A stretch of DNA of 32,636 nucleotides. Source: Puniceicoccales bacterium (lineage in GTDB: Bacteria > Verrucomicrobiota > Verrucomicrobiia > Opitutales > LL51). Numbering within the stretch: the stretch's first letter is position 1; each line of letters starts with the position of its first letter. The translations under genes were made by a program, and so were the position numbers. Location: positions 1 to 32,636 of the forward strand of contig JAIRZB010000019.1 in assembly GCA_031267435.1 (NCBI GenBank), written 5' to 3'. A model generated the notes under the pieces. The model ran no database searches and was not told where the DNA came from. It saw only the letters and a program-made list of their open reading frames with translations. Shown here one piece after another: positions 27,323 through 32,636 of the stretch.

Positions 27323-29050
27323 ATGGCGAGGGATCGGAGTAAAATGGTATTATGTGTGGCGGACGCTGGCGTATGTCTTTGCAAGGTTACCGATCAGAAA
27401 GGTCGCGCATTTATTCTTTCAAGCCAGATTGTTCCGGCGGAACATTTTGCGACAAGCAAGAAAGATTGGTTGCGGGCAGCATTGAAAAATTTTAAACCTA
27501 AGCTGCTCGGGCAAGTGACGGATATTCTTATTTCAACGACGTTGATCCACTATATTCCCTTTGAAGTTTTTTATCTGCGCGAGGAAAATTTTAACCGAGC
27601 TATGCTATTGGAACTGAAAAATTTGCTTGGTGATAAAATTTCGCAATTTAAGTTCGGGATCTATCGGACCGAGGGAAATAATATTGCCCACATATTTGGG
27701 GCTCAACAATCGATGATTACGAGCTTAAACACGGTATTGGAATCCGTGGGCATTAAAAAAGCGAAGATTTTACTTTCTCCGGTTATGTTTATCGAGGAAG
27801 GTAGGCGGCAGATCGTAAATGCGGATGTTGTTTTCCTCTATATCGGTCGCAATCTCATTTCTTTTGTTTTGCGCAAAGGGAGCGAAAGCGTTTCCCATTT
27901 GATGCCCATACAATTGGGGGCGCTGGCTAAAAAAATGTCGCAAATTATGAATCGAAATTGTTCCGAGGAGAATGTGTATCAATTCATCAAGAATTCCCAG
28001 GAACAGAAATTGGATCAGGCTATCCAGTATGTATTGGATGAATTTTTCGAGGAGCTTCGTTTGGCTATTATCCAAGTTGTGGAGCGGTATTTTGGCGAAG
28101 GAGAGCGTATCACATGGGTTGTTGGTGGCTGCTATGACCAACTGTATGGCATTCGCCAGCGGCTCGAAAACAAAATGGAACGAAAAATTATTCCATACCA
28201 TGTCGCATTTAAACAACAAATTTCACCGTCCATCGAAACAGATACCGCTGCGATAATAGAACCTTTCGTTCCCGGTTTGCTCGCAACGGCTACGCTCGAT
28301 AAAAAACAACTCACGAAAATCGTTAATTTGCAAACGGATGCACTTGTTACCAAATTAAAAAAGGAAAAACCATTTTTTTATCAAAATTTCGTTGCAGGTT
28401 CAGTTTGTGTTGCGTCGGTATTGCTATATTTTTCCCAGCACCTCAATTGCCAATACATTGCCAGCGAGACCCAAAATAAGAAATTGCTTACAGAACAGAG
28501 CGAAATGGTACGCATCACTAAGCAAATCGAAGATATCAATAGTCATATCAGGGAGCAAAAAAAAATGTTGGGTGATGTTTTAGTATACATCGAACAAAGT
28601 CGAAAATGGTGCGAATTGTTCAATGCTCTGCAAAAAATTTTAGCCGAAGCGGAAAACGTTTATCTGACCTCGTTCATATGGAATATGCAAATGAATAAAG
28701 CGAAGGAAGGAGAAGTGCGTAAGGCGAAGGAAGGGAATTCATCCGCTAAAAAAACTCAGAAAACTCCCCCTAAAAAAGAGGTGGATGAGACTGATGAGAC
28801 TACGCCTAAACTCCCTAAGGTAACTTCGTCGATCGCTATGATGGGGAGCATGTTCATTGGCAATGTGACGATTACTAAGGATGTGGAACAGGAATTTAAT
28901 GCCAAATTCAATGAAATGTTTGACAAAATTCGCAAGCTATTGCTTTGTGCCGAGCTCGGCGATATAAAAGTAAATGTTCCTGAGAATGGTAAAATCACCT
29001 TTCGGTGTACCATGGAAGTCAATGCGAAATCGAAAATTATGGCGCTATGA
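27323..29050 (+). CDS. PilM-like actin-fold ATPase fused to a PilN-like TM plus coiled-coil plus C-terminal domain
   Basis: The N-terminal ~340 aa show PilM/FtsA-like patterning (VLCVADAGVCLCKV; VVFLYIGRNLISFVL; IQLGA..; ITWVVGGCYDQLYGIRQRLE). These are followed by a TM segment (FVAGSVCVASVLLYF), a coiled coil and a K/E-rich linker. The start is ATG 27323 or 27344; the ORF track uses TTG 27269. Confidence 0.65.
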   Translation: MARDRSKMVLCVADAGVCLCKVTDQKGRAFILSSQIVPAEHFATSKKDWLRAALKNFKPKLLGQVTDILISTTLIHYIPFEVFYLREENFNRAMLLELKNLLGDKISQFKFGIYRTEGNNIAHIFGAQQSMITSLNTVLESVGIKKAKILLSPVMFIEEGRRQIVNADVVFLYIGRNLISFVLRKGSESVSHLMPIQLGALAKKMSQIMNRNCSEENVYQFIKNSQEQKLDQAIQYVLDEFFEELRLAIIQVVERYFGEGERITWVVGGCYDQLYGIRQRLENKMERKIIPYHVAFKQQISPSIETDTAAIIEPFVPGLLATATLDKKQLTKIVNLQTDALVTKLKKEKPFFYQNFVAGSVCVASVLLYFSQHLNCQYIASETQNKKLLTEQSEMVRITKQIEDINSHIREQKKMLGDVLVYIEQSRKWCELFNALQKILAEAENVYLTSFIWNMQMNKAKEGEVRKAKEGNSSAKKTQKTPPKKEVDETDETTPKLPKVTSSIAMMGSMFIGNVTITKDVEQEFNAKFNEMFDKIRKLLLCAELGDIKVNVPENGKITFRCTMEVNAKSKIMAL

Positions 29051-29925
29051 AAAAAATACTTTACAGAAGTTTGCAGGTATGTTTTCCGATTGCACTATTA
29101 CTGGTGATTTTTTTTCTAGGCCATTGGTGTTGGAATCGGTATGCCTGTATCGTCACGATGAATGACAGCGATGTTAAAGCAAGGGAAGAAATCCAAAAAT
29201 TGTCCAAGGGAAAACCTTTCCCCTCGGAGGAAAATTTACAGAAAGTTATTCAAAAATCAAAGAATTACGATATCGATTATCAACTTTATACCGCAGCGCG
29301 TCAGCAGTTTGATTTGGAATTCTTAAAGTCAAAGAGACCTAGAAATGAAGTGGATTTTTATTTCTTATTGATGGCTTATATTAATTTCTTGACGAATTAT
29401 GCCAAAGAATCGGCCGTTACTGTTCCTGCTAATACGGCATTTGGCTTCGAGCCCTATTCGCAAAAAGATGTGATTCCGATGCAGGCCCATATCGATGAAC
29501 TCTATAAGCAGAGTAAGATTATTGTGAAATTATTGCTTTTGCTTTTTGATTCCAATGTCTATGGCATGGATTTGCTTAGCCTATCCCGTGAGAGTGTCGA
29601 CGGCAATAGCGGTAATCAAAAATCCGGTGATAGTGTGGGCACTTTGGATCGAAATAAAGTAGCTCTTAATCGTAAGGATACTGTAAAGTCTTATTTCTTT
29701 AGCATCGAATTTTCCTGCCATACTAATGCTCTCCGGAATTACATCAATAAATTACAGGAGTATGGTTTGCCTGTAATTGTGCGTTCATTGGCAATCAATA
29801 GCGAAAGTAAAAATTCCTCGGGGGATGTAATTTCGCTGACGGAAAAAGTTAAAGTTTCGATGGTATTGGAGTGGTTGTTTATTCGAGACGAAAAGAATGC
29901 TTTAAAGTCGGAAGATAAAGAATGA
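29047..29925 (+). CDS. Membrane-anchored PilO-position protein; resembles, from memory, the Akkermansia Amuc_1100 family
   Basis: It has an ATGA overlap with the upstream gene and an N-terminal TM segment (VCFPIALLLVIFFLGHW). The segments AFGFEPYS... and ALRNYINKLQEYGLPVIVRSLAINSE recall Amuc_1100 (LGFQVYS..., ...FTVNSIRIRNE) as I remember that sequence. This is unverified. Confidence 0.55.
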   Translation: MKKILYRSLQVCFPIALLLVIFFLGHWCWNRYACIVTMNDSDVKAREEIQKLSKGKPFPSEENLQKVIQKSKNYDIDYQLYTAARQQFDLEFLKSKRPRNEVDFYFLLMAYINFLTNYAKESAVTVPANTAFGFEPYSQKDVIPMQAHIDELYKQSKIIVKLLLLLFDSNVYGMDLLSLSRESVDGNSGNQKSGDSVGTLDRNKVALNRKDTVKSYFFSIEFSCHTNALRNYINKLQEYGLPVIVRSLAINSESKNSSGDVISLTEKVKVSMVLEWLFIRDEKNALKSEDKE

Positions 29926-30764
29926 TAAAAATAGCGAAATTTTTGATATTCATTGCTCTTGTTTTTATAATGATGTCCGCGGAGCGGGCGATAGAAGCCT
30001 GGCAGCTGCAGTTGCGGAAAGATGAGCAACGTAATGCTAGTCAAGCGGCCCCGAAGCAGCCCGTGGTGGTCGAGAGAGAAACGATCGATATTTCAGATGT
30101 TCCTTGGAAAAATCCACAAATTGCACCCAAGGGTAAAAACTGGACATTTGATCTTTTTACTTCGCCTACTATCCTACGCGAAGGAACGGAATTCAAGGCG
30201 ACACTCCCGTGGATGGAAAAAAGTCAATCGACAATTAATTTTGAAATTATTGAATTGGGCAAAAAAGTTTATCCTTTGCAATTCTCTGGTTACTTCTCTC
30301 AGCCTATGGTCGATGGCAAAAAATCTGAAGATTATTCGTTTTCATTCATGCTGAGTGATGTGCAAAACCGTGAATCGTTACAGGTCCAATTGGGGCAGGT
30401 CATCGAGCGCTATGATGTTGAAATTTTGAGTTTTACCGAAAAAGGCCCCAATGGGGAAGTTCAGGGGTATCCGCAATTAAAAGTTATGGATCGCAATATC
30501 GGGCGGGAAATAATTTTAACGCCGGAAAAAAGATATTATGACCAGCTATTTGTTATTCGTTTGCGTTCAAAGGTTGACGAAAAGGAGTTTTTTTTATCCC
30601 ACGTGGATGAAGAGTTTTCCGTAGGTAGTGATCAATATGTACTCAAAAAAATCGATGAAGAAAAAAAGATGCTTGAATTCTCGCAAAAAATGGGAAAAGA
30701 TTCCTGTGTTTTTTCGTTGGGAATTGTTTTAGGAAATACTCCTGGAATTACAAAACCAATTTAA
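29922..30764 (+). CDS. Membrane-anchored periplasmic protein in the PilP position (280 aa)
   Basis: It has an ATGA overlap with the upstream gene and an N-terminal TM segment (FLIFIALVFIMMSA). The remainder looks beta-rich. No family recognised. Confidence 0.5.
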   Translation: MIKIAKFLIFIALVFIMMSAERAIEAWQLQLRKDEQRNASQAAPKQPVVVERETIDISDVPWKNPQIAPKGKNWTFDLFTSPTILREGTEFKATLPWMEKSQSTINFEIIELGKKVYPLQFSGYFSQPMVDGKKSEDYSFSFMLSDVQNRESLQVQLGQVIERYDVEILSFTEKGPNGEVQGYPQLKVMDRNIGREIILTPEKRYYDQLFVIRLRSKVDEKEFFLSHVDEEFSVGSDQYVLKKIDEEKKMLEFSQKMGKDSCVFSLGIVLGNTPGITKPI

Positions 30765-30856
30765 GTCAATAGCAAAGTCGAATTTAGTTGACATTTTATA
30801 AAATTTTCCGCTAATAGCATTGGGTTTGTTGGCAAGACAAAACTGGGTTTATTATA

Positions 30857-32191
30857 ATGGAAAAAGAGCATACAATTTCGCGGGATTTTATTAGACCTTC
30901 TTATGCGTATCTTATTGAAAAAAAACGTGACGGCGAAGAATTTTCCGATGACGAAATTCGATTTATTACGAATGCGATTTTGGACAAAACAATCCCGGAT
31001 CATCAACTCGCTGCATTGGCTATGGCGGTCTATTTTCAAGGTATGACGCCTCAAGAAATTGCCGTATTTACGGAAGAAATGATGTTGACCGGAGAGGTGT
31101 TTGAACTTCCACGTATTACGAAACCGAAGTTAGATCGTTATGCAACCGGTGGTGTTGGCGATAAAACAGGGTTAGTTTTAGTTCCTTTAGCCGCAGCCTG
31201 TGGCATTGCCGTTCCATCGATGATTGGCGAAGAGGAAGGCTTTATTATTAGTGATCTCGATAAATTACGTTCCATTCCAGGATTTCGGACGAATATTCCC
31301 CATGATCAATTTGTTAAACAGTTGCAGCAAACAGGGTGCGCGGTCATTGAGCAATGTTCGGAAATTACACCAATTAATACACTTCTTTTTAAACTGCGTA
31401 AGGAAACGGGGACGGTGCCGAGTTTACCGTTGTTGACGAGTAGTTTGTTGAGTAAAAAATTTTCGGAGGGCGCGGATGGATTAGTAGTCGACGTGAAATG
31501 GGGCAATGGGGCCTATGTACGCGATGTGGAGAGTGCAAAACAATTGGGGCGTATGGTAACTCGTGTAGCGAAATCGATGAATCGGAAATGTGTCGCTCTG
31601 ATTACGGATATGAATCAGCCCCTAGGGAGCTGTGTGGGAACGGGACTTGAAATGCAGGAAGTTTTACAGCTTTTGCGCGGCGAAAGTGATCCGGAGTTGG
31701 ATGAATTAATTTTGCGCTTGGGCATGGAAATGGTGCGTTTAGCCGGAGTTGCCGGTTCGACACTTTCAGCAAAACAAATGGTACGCAAGCATTTGAGTGA
31801 CGGTGTTGCGTTAATAAAATTGCGCGAGATGGTGGAATCACAGGGAGGCGATCTGAGTTATATCGACGACCCTGATAAATTTTCTAGAGCAAAATACATA
31901 AAAAAATTACCAGCGGCAAAGCGGGGCTATGTTCATACGATTGATTCGAGTATGTTAGCCCATGGTGTACAAATTTTAGCCCGGAAAAGAGATGGATCGA
32001 TTGATCATGCGGTTGGAGTTTCCGAGATTAAGAAAATTGGATACCAAGTGAAACAGGGCGAAGCGCTTATGATGATCCACTACAATGACGAAATTAATTT
32101 GGAGTCGGCGTTAGAATTTTTACGCTCATCCTATCGTTTGGCGCCTAAGCGGCCGACGCAAAATGATTTAATCGTGGAGCGAGTGGCTTAG
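30857..32191 (+). CDS. Thymidine/pyrimidine-nucleoside phosphorylase family protein with a divergent active-site signature
   Basis: Homology is clear: LIEKKRDGEEFSDDEIRFI, ATGGVGDK, DLDKLRSIPGF, LLSKKFSEG, DVKWGNGA, ITDMNQPLG. However, the family signature SGRGLGHTGGTLDKLE reads IGEEEGFIISDLDKLR, and KHSTGG reads RYATGG. Confidence 0.8.
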   Translation: MEKEHTISRDFIRPSYAYLIEKKRDGEEFSDDEIRFITNAILDKTIPDHQLAALAMAVYFQGMTPQEIAVFTEEMMLTGEVFELPRITKPKLDRYATGGVGDKTGLVLVPLAAACGIAVPSMIGEEEGFIISDLDKLRSIPGFRTNIPHDQFVKQLQQTGCAVIEQCSEITPINTLLFKLRKETGTVPSLPLLTSSLLSKKFSEGADGLVVDVKWGNGAYVRDVESAKQLGRMVTRVAKSMNRKCVALITDMNQPLGSCVGTGLEMQEVLQLLRGESDPELDELILRLGMEMVRLAGVAGSTLSAKQMVRKHLSDGVALIKLREMVESQGGDLSYIDDPDKFSRAKYIKKLPAAKRGYVHTIDSSMLAHGVQILARKRDGSIDHAVGVSEIKKIGYQVKQGEALMMIHYNDEINLESALEFLRSSYRLAPKRPTQNDLIVERVA

Positions 32192-32204
32192 ATTTATGGC
32201 AAGA

Positions 32205-32557
32205 CCTAAGGGCTGCGCGCCCTTAGGAATCCCCGCCAGGGGATCCTCTCCTGGACCTGGATTACGGCCGGCACCACGGGCTGATGCCCGTGGTGCCGGC
32301 CGATCAAGGGGCCTTGCCCCGCCCGCGGCGAAGCCGCGGGTGGGGCAACTAAGTTGACCCTGCGGCCAAGCCATGCGAACTTTCGCATGGTTTGGCCGCT
32401 GAACGAGGTCAAGGAATCCGTGACTCCTTGCGGGGCATGGGGCGGAGCCCCATGGGGAATCAAAAGCAAGAGGAATCCTTCCCCTTGCAATCCCCTTGCA
32501 AGGAACACAGTTCCTTGACCTAGGAATCCAGGCCCGCGGCGAAGCCGCGGGCCTGGA
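32205..32557. repeat. GC-rich array of at least 8 consecutive strong hairpins (locus 2 of the GC-rich family); the GC-rich tract continues to the window end
   Basis: Hand-identified stems: 32205-32227 (9 bp), 32265-32302 (17 bp perfect, loop tgat), 32317-32345 (13 bp, loop gaa), 32362-32399 (~16 bp), 32410-32430 (6 bp), 32436-32454 (8 bp), 32499-32517 (8 bp) and 32527-32557 (14 bp, loop gaa). The core cccgcggcgaagccgcggg occurs twice, and aggaatcc occurs 4 times. Confidence 0.75.
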
Positions 32558-32636
32558 TGAAAAGGACCGTTGCGGCCCAACCATTGGAAAGTTCGCGGGG
32601 GTTGGGGGCGGGACGAGGGGAAAGGGTGCGTGTCTC

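Noticed and set aside
32205-32557. CRISPR array
   Set aside because: The hairpin units differ in sequence and length. There is no constant repeat with regular spacing, and no cas genes are present in the window.
32168-32584. 138-aa and 124-aa minus-strand ORFs rich in Arg/Pro/Gly
   Set aside because: They lie entirely within the GC-rich hairpin array, overlap each other in different frames, and the 138-aa ORF also overlaps the end of the phosphorylase-family gene. Their composition is what translating GC-rich palindromes produces.

Overview
Bacterial chromosomal window of about 40% GC by eye. It is densely coding, and TAA, TAG and TGA all serve as stops. The backbone is housekeeping: glgP, clpC, an Amidase_3 cell-wall amidase overlapping infC, tRNA-Ala(CGC), plsC, an MFS transporter, rpmH followed by a single rnpA::cmk fusion ORF, tRNA-Asn(GUU), nusA-infB-rbfA, a PilM/PilN-fusion pilus-like cluster, and a thymidine-phosphorylase-family gene. 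ClpC together with C-terminal-Phe beta-barrel outer membrane proteins and the pilus-like cluster suggests a PVC/Verrucomicrobia-type diderm; this is inference only. Accessory, host-interaction or toxin-like genes are interspersed with the backbone. (1) A signal-peptide ankyrin-repeat protein at 1-1421 (- strand) is built from ~795-bp tandem modules and is missing from the ORF track because it runs off the window. (2) A 702-aa modular protein has a C-terminus carrying an R / S-T-S / E-x-E ADP-ribosyltransferase motif set, and a 124-aa ORF follows it closely. (3) A minimal eukaryotic-like-kinase ORF ends at a TAG just after its DFG-like motif, and the same frame stays open for 65 more codons. 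Non-coding oddities are an orphan 5S-rRNA-like gene with no 23S/16S nearby and an apparently non-pairing helix IV, and a family of GC-rich multi-hairpin elements. That family is seen at three loci; the largest holds at least 8 consecutive strong hairpins at the right edge. I rank the ART-domain protein plus partner ORF, the GC-rich hairpin family, and the interrupted kinase as the leads most worth following. All functional calls rest on motifs read by eye and need HMM or structure searches.
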